Shown here: positions 36,922 through 47,418 of the stretch, one piece after another
How the letters are laid out: each line of letters opens with the position of its first letter
How positions within the stretch are numbered: the first letter of the stretch is position 1
Assembly: GCA_043228905.1 (NCBI GenBank)
Contig: JBHGNT010000009.1
Coordinates: forward strand, 8,556,001 to 8,620,000
Direction of reading: 5' to 3'
Length of the DNA stretch: 64,000 bases
Source: Azolla caroliniana
Lineage: Eukaryota; Plantae; Polypodiophyta
Notes under the pieces: generated by a model
What the model saw: only the letters and a program-made list of their open reading frames with translations
Databases searched by the model: none
Told to the model about the DNA's origin: nothing
Position numbers and translations under genes: made by a program

Positions 36922-38882
36922 GTTTCAACGTTTGGTTTGTTCGTTCTGCCTGCCCATCGGTTTAAGGATGGTAGCCGGAGGAGAGGTTGCAAGAGACCTT
37001 GAGCATCTTGAAGAGATGCTGCCAAAATTTGGAGACAAATTGTGGTCCTCGGTCACTGATGATACTGTTTGGGAGGCCATGATGCCGAAATACCTCGCGC
37101 ATGACTAGGGCGGTGGTTTCCTCGCTAGTGTTGGCCTTAGTACACGGAACAAAATGTGCCATCTTCGTATATCGATCGACGACGGTTAAGATAGCATCGA
37201 ACCCCTGCGAGACCGGCAGATCTGCGATAAAATCAAGACAAATAGACTGCCACGGCTTACTTGGAATCGGTAAGGGTTCCAACAAGCCATATGGATGGTG
37301 TCGTGGCATCTTTGCTCGGCAGCAAGCATCACAGGTCCGAACGTAGTCGTCGACAAAACGGCGCATGTGGGGCCACCAAAAAGATCGCTGCACTAGCTCC
37401 AACGTCTTAGTACTACCGAAATGTCCCGTCGTATGGGTGTCGTGACAATGCTGGACGATTTGAAGGCGACAGGAGCAATCGGGGACATATACGCGCTTTT
37501 TAAATAATAACAAACCATCATGATATTCGAATTGTCGGTAGTCAATACCTAGTTGTTGAGACTGAGAACAGGATGCCCGAGAAGTATCAATGTGCGCCAG
37601 GATGTCTTGAGCAAAACTATCCGTCTTCAAGTTTGCACGTATGTCATCGGAAATCCCTGAATCCATCGGGGTGTGAAAAATCCGTGTCGTGTGCAATCGT
37701 GTTGGTCCCAAGATTACTTGCTTTTGATTATCAAATGTTGGATCATCAGGACGAGGTGCAAGATATGAACACCATGATAGTGCATCTGCTTTTCCTTGCT
37801 GCTTCCCTGGTCGATATGTGATTTTGAAGTCGAAACGCGTGAGGAATTGCGCTCACCGAGCTTGCCGTCGATTTAGTACGCGAGCGTTCTGGAAATAAGC
37901 AAGATTTTTATGATCACTAAAGACAATTCTCCAAATTGTGGTCCTCGGTCACTGATGATACTGTTTGGGAGGCCATGATGCCGAAATACCTCACGCATGA
38001 CTAGGGCGGTGGTTTCCTCGCTAGTGTTGGCCTTAGTACACGGAACAAAATGTGCCATCTTCGTATATCGATCGACGACAGTTAAGATAGCATCGAACCC
38101 CTGCGAGACCGGCAGATCTGCGATAAAATCAAGACAAATAGACTGCCACGGCTTACTTGGAATCGGTAAGGGTTCCAACAAGCCATATGGATGGTGTCGT
38201 GGCATCTTTGCTCGGCAGCAAGCATCACAGGTCCGAACGTAGTCGTCGACAAAACGGCGCATGTGGGGCCACCAAAAAGATCGCTGCACTAGCTCCAACG
38301 TCTTAGTACTACCGAAATGTCCCGTCGTATGGGTGTCGTGACAATGCTGGACGATTTGAAGGCGACAGGAGCAATCGGGGACATATACGCGCTTTTTAAA
38401 TAATAACAAACCATCATGATATTCGAATTGTCGGTAGTCAATACCTAGTTGTTGAGACTGAGAACAGGATGCCCGAGAAGTATCAATGTGCGCCAGGATG
38501 TCTTGAGCAAAACTATCCGTCTTCAAGTTTGCACGTATGTCATCGGAAATCCCTGAATCCATCGGGGTGTGAAAAATCCGTGTCGTGTGCAATCGTGTTG
38601 GTCCCAAGATTACTTGCTTTTGATTATCAAATGTTGGATCATCAGGACGAGGTGCAAGATATGAACACCATGATAGTGCATCTGCTTTTCCTTGCTGCTT
38701 CCCTGGTCGATATGTGATTTTGAAGTCGAAACGCGTGAGGAATTGCGCTCACCGAGCTTGCCGTCGATTTAGTACGCGAGCGTTCTGGAAATAAGCAAGA
38801 TTTTTATGATCACTAAAGACAACAACCTGATGTGGAGAGCCCTCTAAGAAATGCCGCCATTGCACAAATGAATCCACGATGG
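36922..38882 (-). mobile_element. Chromo-2: RNase H/integrase fragment of the Chromo-3 family, 3'-truncated, internally duplicated, host of Gypsy-N
   Basis: Near-identical (reverse complement) to ~57320-58375. No LTR at the left end. The right end stops at the Gypsy-N LTR. Confidence 0.92.
37036..38822. repeat. Tandem duplication, 896-bp period
   Basis: Copies at 37036..37926 and 37932..38822 with 5-nt filler TTCTC; two substitutions seen between them. Confidence 0.95.
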
Positions 38883-39272
38883 TGTTGTCTGTCTGGCTGG
38901 ACTAGCCTCAACACAGGTGTCTATCCGACACTTCTCCAAAGGGGTGGTAAGGATTGGATGCTAGGTTACACGCATAAGATGATTACAATTAAGCACAGAC
39001 GGTAAACAATACGAGATACAGATAAACACGCAATAATTACTATTGTATTACTTCCGTCAAAACACTTTACAAATCATCGGATCCTTTTATAGGCATCCGA
39101 CAAGGTTACAATCGGTGCGCTTAGGCAACCGACATCCGAATCGGTCCGGATCCGGATCGGTACAACTGTACCGGATCCGTCCCTCCGAATAATAATTCTA
39201 CTATTATTTACTTCCTATTATCCGATTCGATTCCGCCTTCCCACTTGTCCTTGCTCTTCTGACCGGCCAACA
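38883..39272 (-). repeat. LTR of Gypsy-N (3' LTR by TATA and ORF orientation, ~390 bp)
   Basis: 5-bp TIR. CCTATAAAAG on the minus strand at 39084-39093 is followed by GT-rich R/U5-like sequence. The second LTR is not in the window, so the inner boundary is inferred. Confidence 0.78.
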
Positions 39273-39321
39273 CATGGCACGCCCGTGGGAAAGTGCCTTG
39301 CAGTTCGAATCCACTCCCGGC

Positions 39322-42225
39322 CTCAGTCTTCCTCCAAAATATCGAGCACACTTTGCTCGATGGTGTCAAGTGGTGCTTCTTCCTCCTATTCCTGTTCCTT
39401 GCCTGCCTGGTCTCCGACCTCCGGTTGGGTAGGCTGTTCCGTAAAAATTTGCTGCTTCGGCTCTGCTTGATTCTGTGGTGCCGGTGCTTCCTCACCGCTT
39501 CGTCCGGGTTCTTCCTGTTCTCCCTCCGTTCCTGGCTCTGTTCTGTTACCGGTGTCGCTTTCTCCGGTCTCGACTGGTCGACTCGATATGCCTCCTTCCT
39601 CTGCTCTGGTGTCTTCCGGTCTTAGCTCTTCTTCTTCTCCAGCATCGGTCTGCTCCTGCTCTTCTTCAAGTTCGTCTTCGGGTATTCCTCGTCGGGGTTG
39701 TTCGGTGTCGGTTGGTTCATCCTCAGCCGGTCGCTCTCCCTCACTTATCGTGATTGGCGTCGTTCTTCCCTTAGCTTCCTGTCGTAACCGGTCCTGCTCG
39801 TATCTCTCCAACTCCAACTGAGTTGCGAGCTGCCCGTCATCCAACCTCTCTACCAACCCTCGGATTTCTTTGAGGTGTTCTTCTGCTAAAGTGTAGAAAT
39901 CCTCTGACAATTCTTCCCGAATGGCGACGATACTTTCTTCATCCATCTTGTAGAACTTGTCACTGGTCTTCCTCCGATTCTCGGCATCCGCTCGGAGTGT
40001 CTGCAACTCGGCTGCCTGTTGTGACCACTCCTTCCATAGCTTTTCCGTACTTTCGTTGATGCTTGCCTGAGCTCGGGTACTCCATCCTGACATGATGAGC
40101 TTGATCCGGTCAACCCCTGCCTTAGCATGCGCATAAGCTTCCTGCTTTTCCTTCCTTTCCCGTTTTATAATGTCGGCCATTATCTGAGCCTGGGCCTCGT
40201 AATCTGCTTTCTGCTTTTCATAGGTACTCTGCAGTTTGCTGATCGTGAAGGTCGATTTTTCCTTTTCTTCATTCCTGATCTTGGTCAGGTCCAGCTTTTC
40301 CCGCCTTAGCGCCTCTAATTCCTTCCTTCTCTCCGTTGCTTGGGCTATTTCCGCCGACAATGCTTCCTTGTTGGCACTGACCTCATCCATCGCCTTAGCC
40401 AGGTCTAATCGGGTCTCTTTGAGCTGCTCTTTCAGCTTCTCTATTTGCCGGTCGTAGTCTGCTGCCCGTTTTTTGTTGTCCGACTCGGCCTGCTTGTGAT
40501 CTCGGTAGAGACGGTCGAAGTCCTCCGTCTTCTGCTCCAGGCGTCGGGTTGCCTGAGCTCTTAACCGATCGTCCCGATCCTTCTGTTGTCGGAATTCTTC
40601 CTGCAGTCGTTCTATCTCTTGCTCGGCATGTCGACGTAGTCGGTCCTTCTCCTTTTGCAACTTCTCTTTTTCTTCTTGCAGTCGGTCATTAGCGGCTCGA
40701 CCTTTCCGGAGGCCTTCTTCCATTTTTCGTCTGTCTTCTCCACCGCTTTCCACTGCTCCCTTTCTCTTTCCCTTAATGCCTCCTGAGCTTTTAACTCCTC
40801 TCGTAAGGTTTCTATTATTTTTTCGGTCTCAGGGCCGGTTTGCAAGGCTACCGGTTCCGGTTCTGGTTCTGGTTGCTTCCTTGTTGTCCCGACCGGCTCG
40901 GTGACAACTTGTGCTTGTTGAATTCCTTCCCTTGCCTGCAACAGCTCCCCTTGCATTTCCTCGATCTGTGTTCAGAGCGCGACCAACTCCTGAGTTGTTG
41001 TATGCGTCAGCTGTTGCCTACACGTTTCTTCTTTCTCTAACTGGTCCGCTACTCCCGATAACTGCTCCGAAAGCCATCTCAGCCATTGTGGCTTTGTTCT
41101 TCCGGTGTCGGGGTGGCCTTGCTCACTTAAGTCAGGCTGATTTTCCGGCCTCTTCTCTGGCTCCGGCTCCGGTGCTTGTTCCTTCTTCTTCTCTAGGATG
41201 ACCGGTTTTCTGAAGTCCGGCCCAACCGGTGTCGGTGCTGCTTCCCTGGGTACGGGTTCCGATGCTGTTTCCACCTCGGCTACTGGAGATGGTCCTTGCG
41301 CCCTCTGCTGAGTTCTGTCCACTGGTGGAGCCGGTCCTTTCGCCCGTTTCTCCCGACCTTGTCTTGCTGGGAGTCTTACCAGTGGTTCGGATGAGTCTTC
41401 TGTTTCAGCTTCCTCCTCCGGTGCGGTTACCAGACAGACCTTTTGTATAAAGACCTCTGGTTCCGGTTCCGGCCGTCGCAGCGTTATATGGATTGGTTTG
41501 CGCGCTACCGGTTCCTCCTCGGCCGATTTCCCTTTGCCTTTACCTGCCGGTTTTGCCTTTGTTGCCGGTTCCTGTTGCTGTCGGGATGGTCCTTCCCCCT
41601 GCTGTTCTGCTTCTTGCTGGGTCCATCCGGGGGTGTGTTTCTCCAAGATCTGTCGGCGCTTTGTGACCTTTTTCGGCGTCGTCTCCTGCCGACCTCTTTT
41701 CTTTTGTGTGATGGGGAGCACCGGTGGGACTAACACCGTTAGCCATTGTGCTATCCCGGCCCATGGCTTTTTTCCTTCCACAAGATTTTTGATGGCCTCC
41801 TTCAATCCTTCGGTTATGAAATGGAGCCAGTCTATTTGTAAGCCCTCGTACGCTGCTATTAAGAACGCTGCCCGGTACTTGGCTATGGCTGGGGGACGGG
41901 GATTCACGAATCCGTATTCCATCATGGCGCGGGCCACTTCTCCGAACAATAGGTTCTCTCCGCCCTGCGTTCGATACGCCTTGCTGCTGATAGAGTACTC
42001 CCCGAAATATTCGAACAGGATTTCACTTGAAGGGTTTTCGATTGTTTGAAGTCCTCCTGCTTTTATCCCCGTGAGTGCCTGCACCGCTCCTTCCGTGACT
42101 TCTGATATATCGATCGATGCTGCCGCCTGCTCTGGTTCTGCGTGTGGTGGAGCGTCGGCGATCCGCAGCAATCCTTTTAACCCGTTCTCCCTCATCCATT
42201 GGCGTGCCTCTTCCGACAATACCAT
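39322..42225 (-). pseudogene. Gypsy-N accessory ORF (~965 aa reconstructed): globular N-terminus, Pro/basic linker, long coiled coil, acidic tail
   Basis: ORFs 40972..42225 and 40612..40956 are in frame across a TGA. There is one frameshift near 40745 into 39386..40753. After the TAG at 39386 the frame reads on EEEAPLDTIEQSVLDILEED to a TGA at ~39322. Confidence 0.8.
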
Positions 42226-42525
42226 TGTTTCGAATTCTTCTTCTGCTGCCTGTTGTTCGGGATCGCGCTGTGTGTGCTCTGTGCGTCGGGTCGCTCTTCT
42301 GTGCTTCTACGCCTGTATGTAGGAAAATTCGTAAAAAGTGAGCCCTTCGCAGGCCTGTGTCTTATATAGTGGGTCGTGCCTCGAGCCGCCCTTTTTCGTT
42401 TCCCGCGCATGTTTCTCTCCCGCCATAATTAGTATGTCCTTTCTTGTTTGCCGCGTGTGAGTGCCCCCGTTCCATGCTTTAAATAGCAAGTACGCGCACG
42501 TCCTTCTTTAATGCATGGCGCCTCT

Positions 42526-45500
42526 TCATTGCATGGTGGCGCTCCCACCTCTTGTGATCTCTCCATCATTACTATGATTCGCGTCGATTTTGCCCACGTC
42601 TTCTTTTTTTTTTTTTTTTTTTTGGACCACGTCATTTGTTGGCCCCCCCGATTTGTTCGGGTCGGTTCGTGTGGATACCGGATCCTTCTGTCGGTTTTCC
42701 GGGATAGTCTTTGTCAGTATCGGTGTCGGTTCTTCCTCGGTCCGAATATCTTCAGCAGCGTCCGTCGGTGTCGGTTCCTCATCTTGCCGGATTTCCGGGT
42801 TTTGGTTGAACGGGTTGGCTGGCATATTTCCCTTATACGGCTTTAGCCGAAATCCATTTGCCTACTTGCCGATGACATCTCCAGACAACGTGCCGAGCTG
42901 ATACGACCCATTGTACTCCTTGGTGATCCAGAACGGTCCGGTCCATCGAAACCGCAACTTTCCCGGCATGTTCCCCATCCGTGTCTGGAATAGTAGTACC
43001 GGTTTCCCGACTTCGAACTCCTTTTCATTGCCACGCCGATGTCGGTCCACGAAGGCTTTTCTCCTCCTTTGCTCCAGTTCGAGTTGTAGTAAGCTGGCTA
43101 TTCGGTTTTCCTCTAATTCCAACAACGTCGCCAGCCGGATTCGTTCGGACTCGTTCTCACTTAAGCGCTCCTTCACCTGAATCCGTAAGCTGGGGACCTG
43201 GAACTCTACCGGCATGACCGCTTCTAACCCGAATGCTAGTCGGAACGGGGTTGTCTGGATGCTGGTTTTGTACGTTGTTCGGTACGCCCATAGCGCGCTT
43301 TGCAATTTCGTATCCCAGTCGGTCCGGTTCTCGTTGACGATTTTTCGTAGGATGTTCTGCAAAGTTTTGTTCGTTGATTCCGCTAGTCCATTGGCTTGAG
43401 GGTAGTAGGGAGTACTCTTTTTATGTACCACCGCGTAAAATGACGTCAGGCTTTCTACTACCTGCCCGAGAAAATGTCCTCCTTGGTCACTTATAAGCTC
43501 GATCGGGCATCCATACCGGCACCATATGCACTGGTACAGAAACTTTGCCGTGGACGCGGCCGTGTTGTCCCGTAAGGCCTTTGCTTCTACCCATTTGGTG
43601 CAATAGTCGGTCGCCACTATGACATACCGATTTCCGGTTCGCATTGCCGGTGGTTTGAAGGGACCGACAAAGTCCAACCCCCACTTTTGAAACGGTTCTA
43701 AGGGCAAGACCGGGTGGTGTGGCATCCGGGCCTGCTCTGTGGGTTGGCCCAGTCGTTGACACAAATCGCATTCTCTGCTATACTTCACGGCATCTTTTAG
43801 GGTGGTCGGCCACCACAGTCCGCTCTGCCATATTTTCCGAGCGATTGCGTCGCCGGCATAATGCCCGCCGACAATTCCACAGTGGGCTTCCCTGAGGATT
43901 AGATCCTTCTCATCACTCGGCACTGCTCGTCTCCAGATGCCATCTGCCCCCTTGTGATAGAGGGTGTCTCCAACCAAGCAGAAATGTCTACTTCTTACTG
44001 CTACCCTTTTCCTTTCATCGCGGTCCATGTTCTCCGGGGGAACTCCGGTGCTCAGGAACTGATGCATCTCAGTTAGCCATGTGTCTTCATCGGCTACCGT
44101 TGTATCCGTTGCCGGTTTCGTCGTGATCCGGAACAATTCGGCGTCGGGAAACTCATCCTGGACGCCGTCCCCTGCTTCTCCGGATTCGAGTCTGCTTAGA
44201 TAGTCCGCTACCGCATGCTGCGCCCCGGGTCGGTGGAAAATGTCGAATTCAAATTCCTGTAGCAGCAGTGTCCACCGTGCAATTTTTCCCGTCAGGGATG
44301 CCTTCGAGACCAGGTAGAGTAGTGCCGAATGGTCGACATGGAAGGAAAACTTCCTTCCGAGCAGATAGTGCCTGTACTTTGTGACACTATACACCATTCC
44401 CAATGCCTCGCGTTCCGTCGTAGAGTAATTCCGTTCGGCTTTTGAGAGTTTCCGGCTTGCGTAGTACACCGGTCGGTACCATTTCGGCTCTGTGAGAGTT
44501 GCATCAGAATGCTGCCGATTGCTACGTCCGACGCGTCGACGAAGACGTGAAAGCTTTTACTCCAATCCGGCGGTTGCACCACCGGGGCTTGCGACAACAT
44601 AACCTTCAACGCTTTGTAGGATTCCTCCTCCGTCTCCGCCCATAGGAAGGGTACCCTATGTACGGCGGTATGTAACGGTGTAGCGAAGTCCGCGAGGTGC
44701 CGTATCATCCGGCTATGCCACCTTATTTGGCCCAGGAACCGGCTTAAAGCCTTTGCGTTACTTGGTGCTGGTGCATCGAGAATCGCCTTGACTTTATCCG
44801 GATCTACCGCGATTCCTTCCTTACTCACCACGTGCCCTAGCAAGTTGCCGCTTGCCACTCCAAAGACGCACTTGGCTGGATTCAGGCTCAATCGGTACTC
44901 GCGGCACTTCTCCAAGCACAGCCGGAGGTGATCGAGATGCTCTCCGTGCCGGCTGTAGACCGCGAAATCGTCAAGGAAGACCTGCATAAAACCGGGGATA
45001 TATTCTCCGAAAATTTCCATTATTATCCTTTGAAAGGTCGCTGGAGCCGTCTTTAGTCCGAACATCATCACGACCGCGACGAACACTCCCCATTCCGTCA
45101 CGAACGCTGTCTTCTCTTGGTCGGCCGGGTTCATTCGTATTTGGTTGTAGCCGCTAAATCCATCCAGGAAGCTGTAAACTTCGTGGTCGGCTACCGCATC
45201 TAACACCCCGTCCGTAAATGGTAGTGGAAACGCATCGGTCACTGTTGCGGCATTTAGTTTTCGGTAGTCCACGCATACCCGGATTTTTCCGTTCTTTTTC
45301 GGGACCACCACTATCGGACTCAGCCAAGTTGCCTGCTTGACCGGTTGGATAAATCCGACCCGGAGGAGCTTATCAATTTCCTCCTTCACCTTTGCCGCAT
45401 AATTTGGATTCATCCGGTACCTGCGTTGAGCAATCGGTTTCGCGTCCGTACTTAGGTGAATTTGGTGCTGATAGAGCTGGGGGTCCAGCCCTCGCATGTC

Positions 45501-46689
45501 TTCGTACGACCACGCGAACACATCCTTGAAGTCTGTTAATAATGCTACCATTGTCTTCTTTTCTTCCTTCGGCAATTCCTTTGCAACATTTACCGGTCGG
45601 GGCTTGTCTGCTGTGCCGAGGTCCACCTCCTCGAGTTGGGATGCTTTTACCCTCTGGGATATCGTCATTTCCCTCTCTAGGGATTCCTGCGCTTGTCGCA
45701 GTTCCCGGATCGCCGCTTGGTCCGGTTCTTCCGGCGTCGTAATGTACGGTTCTACTACCGCCCTGATATCCACCTCAAATAGTGGGACGATTCGTGGGTG
45801 TTCCTCGAGGTACCGCTCGACTTCCTCGTCCGGTAATCCCTCCAACATGTTAATGCTTTCCGCATACAATGGAGTTGCTTCCTTACTGGTGATCACCTGT
45901 GGTTGCGTCGTTACTTGTACCTTTGTTTTCCCTCGCCGGAATGTGATCATGTTCTTTCGCCAGTTCTGCTTGATATGCGCCGTTCGCAGCCATGGTCGTC
46001 CTAGCAGTAGGGGGTACGCGCCTTGTACATTCAGCTGCAGCACCACGGCCGATATCCGGAATACGTGGCCTCCGATCGTTATTTCCAAATCCCGGATAAG
46101 CCCGGTCAGTCGGACTGAGCTAGTATCCGCCATGCGTAACCAGAAGGGGCATGGTTCCCATTCCCGGATGCCCAGGTCGTTGCATGTCTGTTGGCTGATG
46201 ACATTTACCCCGGAGCCTCCGTCAATAATCGTTCCAGCAATTTCCTTTCCTTTCACGATTGCCGTGATCGCCGGGCTACTTGTATCGACCACCGCTGGTC
46301 CTTCCTCCGGGTTGGAGAAGAATGCCGGTGCTGGCGTCGGCTTCGGTTTGCTGACGGATTCCTGTAGGTCTGCCGTAAATCGTGGCACTAACTGTAGTAG
46401 TCGTGCTAACGGCAGCACGATTTGACAGTCCTGTAGCGCTTGCCACGTCGGGTTTTCTCCTGGCTGTATGATTTCTTCGTCTTTTGGCATATTTTGGTCT
46501 CTTACTTCTGCCGCATTCTGTTCATTGTCCTCCTTGATCCATTGTGTCGCTTGTTTTCTGATTGCCTCCTGGGCTTCCCACTCGGCGGTCTTTCCCTTTG
46601 ACCGGGTTGTGACCTGCTGTACTTCTGTTATTTCGGCTGTAACCATGTTGACTTCCGGCTGCTTGTCATAGCTTTGGCTTAGGCATTGG
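42526..46689 (-). pseudogene. Gypsy-N pol (protease, RT, RNase H, integrase), with one frameshift (~44490) and one stop (42862)
   Basis: IIDGGSGVN, RVCVDYRKLN, FLDGFSGYNQI, VFLDDF, FVDASD, NYSTTEREAL, WGLDFVGP, YYPQANGLAE, RWTGPF. Confidence 0.94.
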
Positions 46690-47078
46690 TGTTGGGATTA
46701 CGGTCCCTTCGGATGGGATGGTCAGATGTCCGGGAATCGGGAATGAAGACCCGAACGAGGAGTACCCGGTATCGGAGCCGGATGATGAAGACCTGGTTCC
46801 GGAGCCGGATGATGAAGATCCGGTTCCGGATCCGGATGATGAAGACCCCGGCTACGGAGCCGGATGATGAAGACCCGGCTACGGAGCCGGATGATGAATG
46901 TACCCGGAGCGAGATCCGGATGCGGGGACATATTTGTGAATATGTTTGCCAAGGGCCCTTGAGGCTATATTTGTAAATAGCCCGAAAGTCATATGTGTAT
47001 AAATATGACTTAGGGCAAACAGTTTTGTTGTTGTTACTCTTTTTCTGGTTTTCCACTTAGAGGGAGCTAAGTGAGCAG

Positions 47079-47123
<45 letters not shown>

Positions 47124-47387
47124 GAAGAGGTCGTTGCCTCTGTGTATTACCGCCGCCTGTGGCGAAGACAGTCAGCTCAAGGTTGTTGCCTTGTAGCTTC
47201 ACCATTGGACATTGCCTGTTTATAGTGATAGTTGGAGTTTGAGGACTCCCGTGGTTTTTCCCATTTAGGGTTTTCCACGTAAAACATCCTGTGTACTCTT
47301 CTCTCTATTGTCCTCGTGCATTTTGTATTTCCTGTTTTCTGTGAGTTGATCCTATTCCTCGGTGGTGGCCGAGCACTGTGTTCAACA
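46690..47387 (+). repeat. 5' LTR of Copia-5, with ~27-bp U3 tandem repeats and (GA)n
   Basis: About five GAGCCGGATGATGAAGACCCGG-type units at ~46775-46905. About 7 substitutions and a 6-bp GA indel relative to the 3' LTR (counted by eye). Confidence 0.96.
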
Positions 47388-47418
47388 AAGTGGTATCAGA
47401 GCGACGGTAACACAGAAA

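Noticed and set aside
39322-39338. TTTTGGAGGAAGAC (minus strand) as the Gypsy-N PPT with the LTR starting at TGAGG
   Set aside because: It is the coding end of the accessory ORF (ILEED*), and TGAGG does not mirror the CAACA terminus whereas TGTTG at 39272 does. It cannot be fully excluded without the second LTR.
45496-46425. 309-aa plus-strand ORF and many other 60-220 aa ORFs overlapping retroelement genes
   Set aside because: These are antisense or alternate-frame shadows of GC-rich gag-pol sequence with no recognisable motifs.
46775-46905. 27-bp repeat array and the ORFs read across it
   Set aside because: These are spacer-less tandem repeats within LTR U3, and the ORFs arise from the repeat periodicity.
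47362-47418. ORF-track start for the Copia-5 polyprotein
   Set aside because: It is a GTG inside the LTR, upstream of the PBS. The ATG at 47419 matches the Copia-6 start.
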